Origin: Candidatus Hodarchaeota archaeon
Lineage (GTDB): Archaea > Asgardarchaeota > Lokiarchaeia > Sigyniarchaeales > SOKP01
Length of the DNA stretch: 64,000 nucleotides
Assembly: GCA_048886685.1 (NCBI GenBank)
Contig: JBHLKM010000006.1
Location: forward strand, 64,001-128,000
Reading direction: 5' to 3'
This document shows positions 1-10,710 of this stretch, in pieces. The position numbers and the translations under genes were made by a program. Below the pieces are notes generated by a model. That model made no database searches, had not been told where the DNA came from, and saw only the letters and a program-made list of their open reading frames with translations. Positions within the stretch are counted from its first letter, which is position 1; every line of letters starts with the position of its first letter.

Positions 1-155
1 TCGTCTGGGCTATGTGCATTACGTACAGTAAATTTTAAGTTGGTGGGCGTTTGCTTTTGCTCATGAAGTGGAGGTATAAAGCTTGAAATGTTTAGCAACA
101 CCAAAGAAAATAATAATACAAGTGTTATACTTACCTTTATTAATTTATGTTTCAT
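1..155 (-). CDS. N-terminus of an exported/membrane protein, truncated by the window edge
   Basis: Manual translation from ATG 155: MKHKLIKVSITLVLLFSLVLLNISSFIPP... with a basic n-region and hydrophobic h-region; frame is open to position 1. Confidence 0.7.
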   Translation of the reverse strand, partial: MKHKLIKVSITLVLLFSLVLLNISSFIPPLHEQKQTPTNLKFTVRNAHSPD

Positions 156-488
156 CAATCTAATCGCATTGAAATTTTTAATCAAAGAACCTCAATAATT
201 GTACCTCTTAAAAGGTTTTCTATTTTTTGGTTTCAAAATTTCTAAATCCTGTAAAAAATTAGTTCATAAGTGAAGTTCAACATACTATCCTTTTTCCTTA
301 TACTTTTAAAAGATTTTAAAATAGTAAATCCAAATAGAACTTCTAATCCTGTTCCACTACAACGAAGAACTATAATGATATTACTCTATTAATATATTTT
401 AATTCTCTGGTAAGATCATGAAGCTCTTATTAATTCTTGCTATACCTACTTTTACAATCTGAACTGTTCTTATTTTATAGTCTATAAC

Positions 489-710
489 GTGGAGGAACGA
501 GAATTCTTTTTTAAAATTATGTTCTTCAATTCAATTGGTTCAGGTTCACCATTTTCATCAGGTGTTTTAGAAGTCGATTGGAGACCTAATTTGACAAGAG
601 AACAGGGGATTAAGTTAATAAAAACAGCAATCTCAAGCTCTCGGGAAAGAGATGCTGGTTCAGGATTTGGCTTACAAATTTGCACAAATGATAAAGATGG
701 TTTCAGCTAG
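489..710 (+). pseudogene. Proteasome beta-subunit C-terminal remnant
   Basis: SIGSGSPFSSGVLE...TREQGIKLIKTAISSSRERDAGSG matches the beta-subunit GSG and RD-x-x-SG motifs; no upstream catalytic Thr region found. Confidence 0.8.
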
Positions 711-736
711 GTTCAATAGGTTAGTTAATCACTAAA

Positions 737-1234
737 CTACTTATTCTCAATTAGCAAATTGATTTGTAACAATTCTTTATTGTAATAAATAAAACCATTT
801 ATCTCTTCAGTGTTCATATCCATAATCGTCCAAATTTGATTTTTAAATGGATTTCTCTTTTTTCCTATATCTTCATCAAGATATATCATATTTTCTATAT
901 CAATTGAACTAGGGAAAGGAGGAACAGGATGTGAATGAAATATACTTATCATTCTTAACTTCCTATTATAAACAGCATCCTGATGTATTTCAAAATACTT
1001 ATCAGAATCTTGAATTAAAGCAAATGAGCCATAAGATTCAATGTTAGATTTAAGGCAATAGAAACGCTTTCCAATATAATGAATTTGAAAATCATCCTTA
1101 ACGGTCTCAATCTTTTTTATATCTCCAAAAATAAGTCCGCAAGCTTCAGTTGGAGCTGCATTTCTGTTACATTCTTTTAATTCTGCCTCAATTTTTTCAG
1201 TTAATACTAAAATTATATCTTTTTCAACTTTCAT
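737..1234 (-). CDS. JAB1/MPN+ (JAMM) metallo-isopeptidase
   Basis: EACGLIFG and FHSHP-x4-PSSID JAMM motif. Confidence 0.9.
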   Translation of the reverse strand: MKVEKDIILVLTEKIEAELKECNRNAAPTEACGLIFGDIKKIETVKDDFQIHYIGKRFYCLKSNIESYGSFALIQDSDKYFEIHQDAVYNRKLRMISIFHSHPVPPFPSSIDIENMIYLDEDIGKKRNPFKNQIWTIMDMNTEEINGFIYYNKELLQINLLIENK

Positions 1235-1250
1235 TATCTAATCTCATTAA

Positions 1251-1934
1251 TTATATTAATGTTAATGCTGCATTCAGCGTTGCTAACCTTGCTTTTTGAA
1301 GACTATCACCAGATCCGATTACGATAACATCGTTCTTTTCTAATTTAATATTTTCTTTAGATATATCTGTTTCAAAATAAGTCTGAAGGGATTTATTAAT
1401 AACCATATCATTATTAATCGGTTCTGAATGAGATTTTGAAGGAAAAATTAGATTCTCACCATTAAATACTAAACAAGTTGCTCCAGAACCACTTATTTTA
1501 ATAGCAGCATCTCTTTGAGAAACACCATTTGATATTTTACGAGATCCGTTTTTTACTAAACAAAAATAAGAATATGTTTTATCAGTTTCTATAATAATGT
1601 CTTTTAGTATGGAAGATTTACCTTCTTTAATAATGGGTATTATTTTTTTAATTTTGTTTAAATAATCTATGCCTTTTTCTGTTAAGAAATGTCCCCTGCG
1701 TTTCCTTTCATCTGTTACATTAACAAATTTGATGTTCTTATTCAGCTTCTTAATCATCGATTTAGCGGTTCCCTCACCTATTAATAATTCTTTTTGTAAA
1801 CGGTATCTTCCGATACCCTCGCGATTTTCATCAAATATGAATAAAGCCAATATGATATGAACTTTCTCAAATGTTGGTTTAATTGTGGAGCTTTGAAATA
1901 GACTATCTAATTCTTCAAACATCACTAGATTCAA
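1251..1934 (-). CDS. Winged-helix DUF4443/PH0730-like putative regulator
   Basis: GIGRYRLQKELLIGEGTAKSMIKKL wHTH; QRDAAIKISGSGATCL. Confidence 0.7.
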   Translation of the reverse strand: MNLVMFEELDSLFQSSTIKPTFEKVHIILALFIFDENREGIGRYRLQKELLIGEGTAKSMIKKLNKNIKFVNVTDERKRRGHFLTEKGIDYLNKIKKIIPIIKEGKSSILKDIIIETDKTYSYFCLVKNGSRKISNGVSQRDAAIKISGSGATCLVFNGENLIFPSKSHSEPINNDMVINKSLQTYFETDISKENIKLEKNDVIVIGSGDSLQKARLATLNAALTLI

Positions 1935-2052
1935 TATGAATAATATATTAAAGTAAAAAAATTAATATAAAAATGCAGTTGACAGATATTGGTACTCAAA
2001 TTAATTCTCATCTCTTTATTTAAATATTATTGCTAATATAACTTTAATAGAA

Positions 2053-3042
2053 ATGTCAAAAAAAAGTGGATCTGAAAAAGATATACAAAACCTCTTACTA
2101 TTTAAACAGAAAGAAGGTCCTAAGAAAAAAGAGGCTGACAATTTTTTAGTTGAAAAAACGAATAAAGAAGACAAGATTAAAATCACAAATAGCCTAATAA
2201 CACAAGGATCCCATTATAGATATACAATCTTATTAAATAATGAAAATTCAACAGCGATTTCAGATATTAATATTCTCGTTTTATATCCGGAATTCTTAAA
2301 ATTCTCAAGATTTTATCCTTCGACATTAAATGTGTCCTGTTCAATCGAAGAAGATCAAGGTAAAAAAACCAATTTAAATCTAAATATTAAAGGATTAAAA
2401 GGTGGAAGTTCAGAAAAAATATTTCTACATTTTACTCCTTCTACTCAATTAGCCATTGGAGAATTTAAAACTTCCTTAAAATATACAAACAATGAAGGGG
2501 AGGAAAGAGAGATCAATTCTGATTCTATTAAAATTCAAATTGATAAACTGAATATAACTCCTAAGATTATGTCCCATTCACGGATCAGAGAATTTTCCCA
2601 AATACCTGGTATGAAGAGAGCTTTAATAAGCTTAGGAATAGGAACAAAAAAAAAATTGAATTTAGAAAAACTATTCGATGTTTTCGAAAAATTAGTTCTA
2701 TCATATAATTTTCAATTTATCACTAAAGATAGAGAAAAGGGAATTGTATGGTTTTTTGGTTCTGAATTAAATTCCAACAATGACATATTAGCCCTTAGTA
2801 AAATAAATTCATACATTATCGAAATAATAGCATACGTTAAAAATCCCGTTATACTTGGTTTATTTCTTTCTTCATTCATAAATAACCTTAAGGAACAATT
2901 GTTAATGAATAAAATTATAAAATCAAATATGAAGATATTTGAATTAGAATGTGTTAATTGTGGTGAGAATTTGCCTTATTTTCCGAAAAAAGGTGAATTT
3001 ATCACCTGCATTAAATGTTCGTACGAACAACTCGTTTGGTAG
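2053..3042 (+). CDS. Hypothetical protein: beta-sandwich + alpha/beta platform + C-terminal Zn ribbon (paralog 1)
   Basis: Clear paralog of 3213-4202 (GSHY, LHFTP, ITPKI, EFSQIPGMKRA, PYFPKKGE); CxxC...CxxC tail. Confidence 0.8.
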   Translation: MSKKSGSEKDIQNLLLFKQKEGPKKKEADNFLVEKTNKEDKIKITNSLITQGSHYRYTILLNNENSTAISDINILVLYPEFLKFSRFYPSTLNVSCSIEEDQGKKTNLNLNIKGLKGGSSEKIFLHFTPSTQLAIGEFKTSLKYTNNEGEEREINSDSIKIQIDKLNITPKIMSHSRIREFSQIPGMKRALISLGIGTKKKLNLEKLFDVFEKLVLSYNFQFITKDREKGIVWFFGSELNSNNDILALSKINSYIIEIIAYVKNPVILGLFLSSFINNLKEQLLMNKIIKSNMKIFELECVNCGENLPYFPKKGEFITCIKCSYEQLVW

Positions 3043-3212
3043 GTTGTTTATATTTTTTTTTTGACCAAAAATTCAATTCTTCAAGAGAATCTTATATATA
3101 ATTAAAAAAAAGGAATATTAAAAAAAATATAAATCAAATTGTCATATTATTATTTATCAAAAATTAAGAAATTCAATATCTATCTTTTAAAGTTAAATTC
3201 TTTTAAACAAAA

Positions 3213-4202
3213 ATGTCTGGTAAAAAGGAAAAAAGCGGTGTAGATCTAGCACAAAACTTAGTTATTTTTAAAAGTAAAGAATCAACTAAGATTAAAAAGC
3301 CTGATAAACTCACATTTGAAAGAATTGACCAAGAAGATAAAATAAAGTTTATAAGTGATTTCAAAACTCACGGAAGTCATTATGTTCTTTCAATTCAACT
3401 ATTAAATGAAAGTTTAGCTCCTATTTCTGAAGTGAGAATTAAAATTAGCTTTCCCCCCTTTTTTATGCTTACCAGAAGCTATCCTCCCACAATATATATA
3501 CCTGCATCCTATGAAGAAGAGGGTTTAACAAAATTAAATCTTGAACTTGATGAATTAAATGAAAGAAGTTCAAAACAAATAAATCTGCATTTTACTCCTT
3601 TATCCTTAGGTAACGAAGGAGAAATAAGATCTATTGTCACTTATGTTAATAATAAAGATTTTGTTAGGGTCATAGCTTCAGACCCATTATCAATCACGCT
3701 AGATAATATAACCATTACTCCGAAAATAATTCCTAGTTCCTATATCGGAGAATTTTCTCAAATTCCCGGCATGAAGAGAGCAATTAAAAGCCTTGGAGTT
3801 GGAATAGTAGGTAAAGGAGACCCTGATCTATACTTCAATATTTTAGAACAAGTATTTCTAAGAAACAACCTTCAATTAATAACAAAAGATCCAGATAAGA
3901 GAATTCTTTGGTATTTTGGAGCTGAATTAGAATCGAGAGATGACGTTCTAGTAATTGGTCAGATAGTGTCTGATAAGGTAGAGATTATCGCAATTTCTAA
4001 GAATCATCATATACTTATTTCATTTTTAACATTATTCGCTAATGAGTTTAAAGAGCAGATTCTCATAAGAGAATTTGTATCCTCCCCAGATCAGATCTAC
4101 GATTTAGAATGCAAGTATTGTGGAGCTATTCTTCCATATTTTCCTAAAAAGGGAGAAGAAATTGCATGTAGTAAATGTAATTACGAACAAGTTGTCTGGT
4201 AA
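3213..4202 (+). CDS. Hypothetical protein: beta-sandwich + alpha/beta platform + C-terminal Zn ribbon (paralog 2)
   Basis: Tandem paralog, also 329 aa, ends CKYC...CSKCNYEQVVW. Confidence 0.8.
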   Translation: MSGKKEKSGVDLAQNLVIFKSKESTKIKKPDKLTFERIDQEDKIKFISDFKTHGSHYVLSIQLLNESLAPISEVRIKISFPPFFMLTRSYPPTIYIPASYEEEGLTKLNLELDELNERSSKQINLHFTPLSLGNEGEIRSIVTYVNNKDFVRVIASDPLSITLDNITITPKIIPSSYIGEFSQIPGMKRAIKSLGVGIVGKGDPDLYFNILEQVFLRNNLQLITKDPDKRILWYFGAELESRDDVLVIGQIVSDKVEIIAISKNHHILISFLTLFANEFKEQILIREFVSSPDQIYDLECKYCGAILPYFPKKGEEIACSKCNYEQVVW

Positions 4203-4725
4203 AAATGATCTTTATCTTTTATTAGATTTAATTTTAAGCAGTTCTTTTCTACCTTTTATATGATAATCAATAATAATTTCCATAAATTTAGCCTATTAAT
4301 CCTATTCTTTCAATAATTTTACTTATTTGGCATATTGGACATCATTTTCTTTAGTCTTATTATCTTTTACATGTAGTAAAAATTACAAATCTAGCATTTC
4401 AAATTTTGACCCAATTTTTCATTTCTTTAAAATTATCTTTTTAGTCCTCTAATTTAAAGAATTGAGAATCTTAATTAGGTGTAAAAATACTAAATTTTAA
4501 TGAAAAATGACTTTGTATGAAAAAAATCAAACTTGCACGAGATTGATCATCTTCATAATTCCGAATTTTGTCGTTAAACTTTTTTTATTTTTTTCTTAAT
4601 TAAATCAAGTTTGTATCAAAATCTTTAAATATCTGAAAGATTAATATCTATATAATAAACTCTGTAATAATAACAAAAATCAATAAAAATTATCATTAAA
4701 TTATAAAAAAGTGGAGGAATTTAAA

Positions 4726-4935
4726 ATGTCTGAATATATTAGTTGGAGTCCTATTCGAAGATTAATGAAACACAATGGGGCCATTATCGTTGCACGTGAT
4801 GCCGTCGATGAATTAGTCGATTGGATGGGTGAATCAGCCACCAAGATCACTAAAACTGCATTAAGCTTAACGAAACATGCCAAAAGGAAAAAAGTTACTC
4901 GGGACGACATCCTTTTAGCAATTAAATACTTCTAG
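4726..4935 (+). CDS. Archaeal histone (HMf-type fold)
   Basis: SPIRRLMK...VARDA...KHAKRKKVTRDDI; ATG 4726 is preceded by GGAGG. Confidence 0.93.
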   Translation: MSEYISWSPIRRLMKHNGAIIVARDAVDELVDWMGESATKITKTALSLTKHAKRKKVTRDDILLAIKYF

Positions 4936-5191
4936 ATTCTGCCTAGAGGGACGAGAAGCTTTATTTATTATTTATTTTTTTTTTTAATATTATCTGAAAA
5001 ATCTAAATTGTTAGCTAGTCATCTTAACATTAAAAATCTTCCCAATATGTAATATATATCGTTATTTGATGACTTTATTTATAGAGAATTTTAAAAAAAT
5101 TTAAAAACATCTATATTGTAATGAATATAGAAAAAATCATAAATTCCAATTGTTTTAAAAGTGAAAAATATCTTTTAAACCGATTTGGGGA

Positions 5192-5920
5192 ATGACTAAT
5201 ATGGAATATGCCATTGTAACAGAAAATTTAACGAAACGATATGGTCATATCTTGGCTGTTGATAATTTAAATTTGAAAGTGCAGCACGGAGATATTTGTG
5301 GTCTTCTTGGACCAAATGGAGCTGGAAAAACTACGCTTATTGAAATGTTAATCGGGGCATTGAAACCTAGTTCAGGAAGGGCGGAGATCTTAGGGTATGA
5401 TATCCATACAAACTCATTGAAAGTTCGAAAAATGATTGGATTTTTGCCTGAAAACTGTGGTTTCTATAAAAATATGACTGGTTTCCGCTTTTTACGGTAT
5501 ATGGCAAAACTTGGAGGGATTACAAAACAAGATGTATCAAAAAAAGCAAATGAGCTCCTAACAAAAGTAGGGTTGTTAGAACGGGGAGCCTCCAAGATAT
5601 CAACATATTCAGGTGGAATGAAGCAACGGCTGGCAATCGCCCAAGCATTTATTACAGAACCTGCAATCGTGTTTTTAGATGAGCCAACTTCTGATCTTGA
5701 TCCCCTAGTACGAGAAGAAATTCTGGAAATGATAGCTGAATATGCAAAAAAAGGCAAAACTGTAGTCATAGCCTCTCATATACTCTCAGAAATCAAAAAA
5801 ATAGGCGATGTTGTAACAATAATCGATAATGGAAAAATTAAAAAGATTGCGCGTTTGGAAACGATCCAAGGAAAATTGGTAGATTTCTACAAAAAAGCTA
5901 TTAAAGGTGAGATTGACTAA
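5192..5920 (+). CDS. ABC transporter ATP-binding protein
   Basis: GPNGAGKT, YSGGMKQR, FLDEP, SH. Confidence 0.95.
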   Translation: MTNMEYAIVTENLTKRYGHILAVDNLNLKVQHGDICGLLGPNGAGKTTLIEMLIGALKPSSGRAEILGYDIHTNSLKVRKMIGFLPENCGFYKNMTGFRFLRYMAKLGGITKQDVSKKANELLTKVGLLERGASKISTYSGGMKQRLAIAQAFITEPAIVFLDEPTSDLDPLVREEILEMIAEYAKKGKTVVIASHILSEIKKIGDVVTIIDNGKIKKIARLETIQGKLVDFYKKAIKGEID

Positions 5921-6770
5921 GATGGCGTTAAAAGAGATATTCATACGAGAAACAAGAGACACTATATTATCGAAGCGATTTCTGTTATACCTTACTTTAT
6001 TATTCTTACCATTGATAATGAATGTGTGGTTTTCATGGATGATGTACAAGGATCCCTCTATCATACAAGAAATGACGTCTTTTCTTCCTGATCCCATCCT
6101 TATTGTTAATCCAATGATTTGTATGATGTCATATCTAGATATGGCGACTTTCTCAATAGCTCTGATAGCGGTGCTCCATTCCAGTGATTTCATTGCAGGA
6201 GAACAATCAAGAGGTATGCTCACTCTGCTGGTTTCAAAACCACTTCACCGTTGGGAACTCATTGTAGGCAAATATTTTTCTTTTATGATTGTGTTCTTAC
6301 CACTTCTAACTCTTAATATCCTCTTGATGGCAGTTTCAATCAATATTATTGGGATTGGGACGGTTGAGGGGGATCTAGTAGGAGGTTATACCTTTGCTGT
6401 GCTTTTTTACGGCATTGTTTTTACTTCAATCGGAACACTTTTTTCTGTGTTAAGCAAACGACCTTCTGTTGCGAGCCTTGGGACAATGATCTTTTTAATC
6501 CTGTGGATGATCTTCGACTTTATGAATATTTATCTTCCTCAAACTACTGCAGATCTCCTAAATACATTCTCTTTGTCCCACTATATTAACAAAGTTCTCG
6601 GCTTCATTTCAAACGGAAAGGCAGGAATCTTCGTAACAGGCGGCATTTTAGAAGACCCCAGTATTGAAATATTCATAACTTCACTTTTCGCAATCCTAGT
6701 CATACTTACTCTCATACCCGTACTCCTCTCCGTTATTATACTCCAAAAGAAAGACATAAAAAATAGATAA
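5907..6770 (+). CDS. ABC-2 type permease
   Basis: Multiple TM helices, IAGEQSRGMLTLLVSKP...GKY; start may be the ATG at 5922. Confidence 0.9.
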   Translation: MRLTKMALKEIFIRETRDTILSKRFLLYLTLLFLPLIMNVWFSWMMYKDPSIIQEMTSFLPDPILIVNPMICMMSYLDMATFSIALIAVLHSSDFIAGEQSRGMLTLLVSKPLHRWELIVGKYFSFMIVFLPLLTLNILLMAVSINIIGIGTVEGDLVGGYTFAVLFYGIVFTSIGTLFSVLSKRPSVASLGTMIFLILWMIFDFMNIYLPQTTADLLNTFSLSHYINKVLGFISNGKAGIFVTGGILEDPSIEIFITSLFAILVILTLIPVLLSVIILQKKDIKNR

Positions 6771-6805
6771 CCTTATAGGCACTATACGTTAAGATTCTTC
6801 AACTT

Positions 6806-7993
6806 TCAAATTAGAAAATAGAGCCAATAAAAACCAATTAATAATATAAAAGAAATTAATATCGGTTTTCCTAAGATCTTTACAACTTTTTTGAAATCAG
6901 TTTCAAAATAATCTGTGCTATATGCAACACATGGATGAATTGGTGTGATAAGATATCCTAAAGAAATTGAAACATAAATAAAAATGAAATCTAAGAGGGG
7001 CATGATAAGAACAGCGTGTTGTACAAGGTATATGGGAATTAAGATCGAAATTGGCAATTGAATCCTGCCTGTTGCAAACCCAAGAAAAAATCCAATTAAT
7101 ATTAAAAAAAAGACAGATAAATTTAAGTTAGCTATTTCGTTAGGAGCTCCAGAAATAATAAATACCTCTAAAAATATAAACATGGCAAAAATTATCAATG
7201 GAAAACGCCAAATCTTCATTCTTTTCGATATTCTTTTAATACTAGAGAACTTCATATTTCCAAACCTTAAAGCTAACCAAATACTAAAACTCAGGGCAAC
7301 AAGAAGAAATATTTCAGGAACACGCAAATCGAAAATAGTTCTCCCAATAAAATCGATTATGGGGGCAATAATAATTGGAAGCATGTTATGAAATGCTCTG
7401 TTAAGATCTCTCTCTCCCTGTTCTGAAAAAGGTGTAATATCTTTAATCAACGTGAAATATCCAACTAACCACATTATTATCAAACAAGGCAATAATCCAA
7501 GTACTATTATATAAAGATTAAGATCAGTAAGAATGCTTGCTAAAATTAATGATGAAGATAAAGGATAAATCAGGATGAGCATATGCCGATACCAAACATT
7601 AATTGATACTTTTTTACTTGATTCTTCTTCAGAATCAATCTGTTCTACAATAGGAGCTGACATCAATGCTCCTCCTGGTACAGGTAATAACCCAAATAAT
7701 GCAGGGATGACCATAAGAGAAGCTTTCCTTGAAACTCGCATTTTTTGAATCATCTCCATCATTAAACCAGATTCTTCCATGATTCCTCCTAAAATTGGTA
7801 TAAGAGTTACGATAATTATCAATAAAAGAATAGTTGGATCTGTAACTACATTGATCAAAGATTGCATGATATTTGCACCTGCCAAAATAGCAAAACCAAC
7901 AGCTCCTAAGGAAAGTGTAACACCTAACTCATACTTAGAAAGAACCATAACTAAGCTTATAATGATGATAAAACTTAGCCACGCAGGTAACAT
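6806..7993 (-). CDS. DUF401-family membrane transporter
   Basis: PALFGLLPVPGGALMSAP, NVWYRH, PIHPC; polytopic membrane protein. Confidence 0.8.
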   Translation of the reverse strand: MLPAWLSFIIIISLVMVLSKYELGVTLSLGAVGFAILAGANIMQSLINVVTDPTILLLIIIVTLIPILGGIMEESGLMMEMIQKMRVSRKASLMVIPALFGLLPVPGGALMSAPIVEQIDSEEESSKKVSINVWYRHMLILIYPLSSSLILASILTDLNLYIIVLGLLPCLIIMWLVGYFTLIKDITPFSEQGERDLNRAFHNMLPIIIAPIIDFIGRTIFDLRVPEIFLLVALSFSIWLALRFGNMKFSSIKRISKRMKIWRFPLIIFAMFIFLEVFIISGAPNEIANLNLSVFFLILIGFFLGFATGRIQLPISILIPIYLVQHAVLIMPLLDFIFIYVSISLGYLITPIHPCVAYSTDYFETDFKKVVKILGKPILISFILLIGFYWLYFLI

Positions 7994-8091
7994 ATCTTTA
8001 AAAATAAATGGTTTTTAGATAATGTTTCGAATTTCTTTCTTGATTTGAATTATCACAAAATTTTTTTTATTCGTAATTTTATCAAAGTTGA

Positions 8092-9096
8092 ATGAAAGAA
8101 ATTTATCCTGGAATATTTTTAATTGAGGAAAAAGGGAGATTTCGACCAAAAGATAACATATTTGTGTTAGCTGGCACTGATGGTTTGATTTTTGATGCTG
8201 GTTATGGCAATAAAGGTTCAGTTAAACAATTCTTAAAAAAATATAAAGAGATTGAGGAATATTATAAAGAGCACAAGAGAGAATTTAGAATTACACGGAT
8301 TATTGTATCACATGCCCATTCTGATCATTTCAGTGGTCTTAATGAAATTAGTAATGCTTTAGGATTAAAAATTATTCTAACAAAAAATATTGCGGCAAAA
8401 ATAAAAGATAGAGTTAGCTTCAACAGAAGCTATCAAGTTGATGACTATGAAGATAATTTGAGAATCAGGAAAAATATCGTGCGCAAAATATGGGGATATC
8501 TCAGAAACTTGGGTGAAAATACTGTCTATAAAAGGATATTCGGACTTTCTTATTTAAATAGACCAGATGGAATAATAGAAGAAAATTCAGAAATTGTCAT
8601 TAATGGGGAGAATTGGAATATTTTTAATTCTCCGGGACATTCTCCTGATCATATCTCACTTTATAATGAAGCAAAAGGAATTTTGTTTTCTGGGGACAAT
8701 GTTTTAAAACAAAGATCAACTTGGCTTGGACCTCCAGAGTCCATTATTACAGATTACATTAAAACTATAAAAAAATATCAGAATTTACCTAATATAAAAC
8801 TAATCCTTCCAGCACATGGTGAAATCATCGAAAACCCAAAAGAAACTCTTAACGCAATTTTAACACGTATGAAAGAAAGGGAAGAACAATTATTAGCAGC
8901 TATTAAAAAACATTCAGAGAATGGTCTTTCACCAGAAAAACTCACTAAAATAATATATAATAGAAATAGAAAGTTTATTCAAATAATTGCACGAGATTGG
9001 ATTGTGTTGACATTAAAAAAGTTGGAAAAAGAGAGTCTTATAAAGCGCAGAATTATAAAAAGGAAGATATTATTTTTTCCCGTTGATAAGGGGTAA
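8092..9096 (+). CDS. Metallo-beta-lactamase-fold hydrolase (LACTB2-like)
   Basis: SHAHSDH, PGHSPDH, FSGD, PAHG. Confidence 0.9.
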   Translation: MKEIYPGIFLIEEKGRFRPKDNIFVLAGTDGLIFDAGYGNKGSVKQFLKKYKEIEEYYKEHKREFRITRIIVSHAHSDHFSGLNEISNALGLKIILTKNIAAKIKDRVSFNRSYQVDDYEDNLRIRKNIVRKIWGYLRNLGENTVYKRIFGLSYLNRPDGIIEENSEIVINGENWNIFNSPGHSPDHISLYNEAKGILFSGDNVLKQRSTWLGPPESIITDYIKTIKKYQNLPNIKLILPAHGEIIENPKETLNAILTRMKEREEQLLAAIKKHSENGLSPEKLTKIIYNRNRKFIQIIARDWIVLTLKKLEKESLIKRRIIKRKILFFPVDKG

Positions 9097-9158
9097 ATGA
9101 AAAAAATTTCTACAATTAAACTTGCCCAATATTTTTGAGATAATAATTTCCTATAAAT

Positions 9159-9647
9159 TTATGCAACATCAACTTTAGAAAGGTTTTTTTTCCATTTAAG
9201 AGATTTAACTTTAATCATTCTAATATAGACTATCAAATAACCCGCAGGAACTGCAATAACAAACCCCCATAATGGAGATTTAAAAATGAATATGATACTT
9301 CCAATTGGATAAAGCAATCGAATAAAAAATTTTATCATTCGATTCTTAAATGGTTTTTTTCTAATTATTTGAATTGAATATTGGAGAATTGAGGGAATCC
9401 AGCATATAAAAAAAATCGTGAGAATTATGGGTAGACTGAGGAAATTTGTGATATAATAATAAAATAGGTTACCCATTATTAATGCAATAGTAACGCCCAA
9501 AGCAAAAGCAAAACATCCTATACAAACAGCATAGTTAAAAATATAAAATACATGATCATCGAAATCATTACGTTCTGGATTATGATGTGCTAACCAAGAA
9601 ATTATTATTTTATTATCCTTATGAAGATCTTCCTTTTGACTTTGCAT
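9159..9647 (-). CDS. Membrane protein, DUF2085-like
   Basis: HH-x-PER...VCIGC followed by TM helices. Confidence 0.5.
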   Translation of the reverse strand: MQSQKEDLHKDNKIIISWLAHHNPERNDFDDHVFYIFNYAVCIGCFAFALGVTIALIMGNLFYYYITNFLSLPIILTIFFICWIPSILQYSIQIIRKKPFKNRMIKFFIRLLYPIGSIIFIFKSPLWGFVIAVPAGYLIVYIRMIKVKSLKWKKNLSKVDVA

Positions 9648-9719
9648 ACTTCTGTTTTATCTAATTCATTTAATATTCTAAGTCTAATTATTTCTTAAAC
9701 TCAATATATTCGATTTCTA

Positions 9720-10493
9720 TCAATCACAATCACAGTCACAATCATCACAAGCGCACGCAAAGGGTAGAATACAGCATTGTCCTTTAGTTCCTATAGTAAT
9801 TAATATGAAACCTATAACTATCACTGTTATTCCTGCATTAAATGGCATTCCTCCCCTAAAAAATGAGGTTATACCCCAAATCATTAAGATTATTCCTACT
9901 AAAGCTATGACAATAAGCACGGCTAATGCTTGATTTACTGCTACTGGTGGTTTTGATCTGGGTGTTGGGATTGTAGAGTATTCAGCGGTTGTTATTGGTA
10001 CTTTTGATTCTTTATCAGGTGTTTCTAGTAATTTTAAGTCTTTAGCAGTCTTAACTCTAATTTCAACGGGGAATGCAAATGAATGGCCAAGATTAGATTC
10101 TAATTCAGCAGTTAACGTAAAAGAACCTAGATATTTAGGTAAAATAATTACTGGAGCGCTTACTTTTTGTCCACTTAGAATTGTGCCGTAATAATTGTAT
10201 CCCGATATTACTTCAACTAGGTCTGTACCAAAAAGCTGAACTTTTACACCCTGTATCGAATATGGAGTAGTGTTATGAACGGTTATATTAAACTCATTTG
10301 ACACTTTTGTAATTACATACACAACATTAGCATCCCCTTCAAGGGAAACTTTAAAATCTGATTCTGCAATTGAAATATCACTTGCACTGGGGCTCTCCTT
10401 GAGAATATCAATCACTTCTGTTAAATCTTCGCCGCAATTAGGACAGAATTTCGCATCATCAGATATGTTTGCACCACAATTAGTACAAAACAT
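9720..10493 (-). CDS. Zinc-ribbon + Ig-like + 2-TM protein with Cys/Asp-rich tail
   Basis: MFCTNCG...FCPNCG; two TM helices; ends CCILPFACACDDCDCDCD. Confidence 0.8.
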   Translation of the reverse strand: MFCTNCGANISDDAKFCPNCGEDLTEVIDILKESPSASDISIAESDFKVSLEGDANVVYVITKVSNEFNITVHNTTPYSIQGVKVQLFGTDLVEVISGYNYYGTILSGQKVSAPVIILPKYLGSFTLTAELESNLGHSFAFPVEIRVKTAKDLKLLETPDKESKVPITTAEYSTIPTPRSKPPVAVNQALAVLIVIALVGIILMIWGITSFFRGGMPFNAGITVIVIGFILITIGTKGQCCILPFACACDDCDCDCD

Positions 10494-10710
10494 TTTAATT
10501 CATACCTTATCTAGTTGGTTTCTTTTTTTATTAGTGATAAAAAATATGAAGTAACTTTACAATTTAAACGTGAGTTTTTAATTATTGAATGAAATATATT
10601 AACTTTTTTCTAAATTAATAAATACATTCAATTAAGTACTCAATCTGATTTTACAAAAATCCCACACCGATATTGTTTTTAAAAGGAAAAAATATCTTTC
10701 TCTCTTTAAT

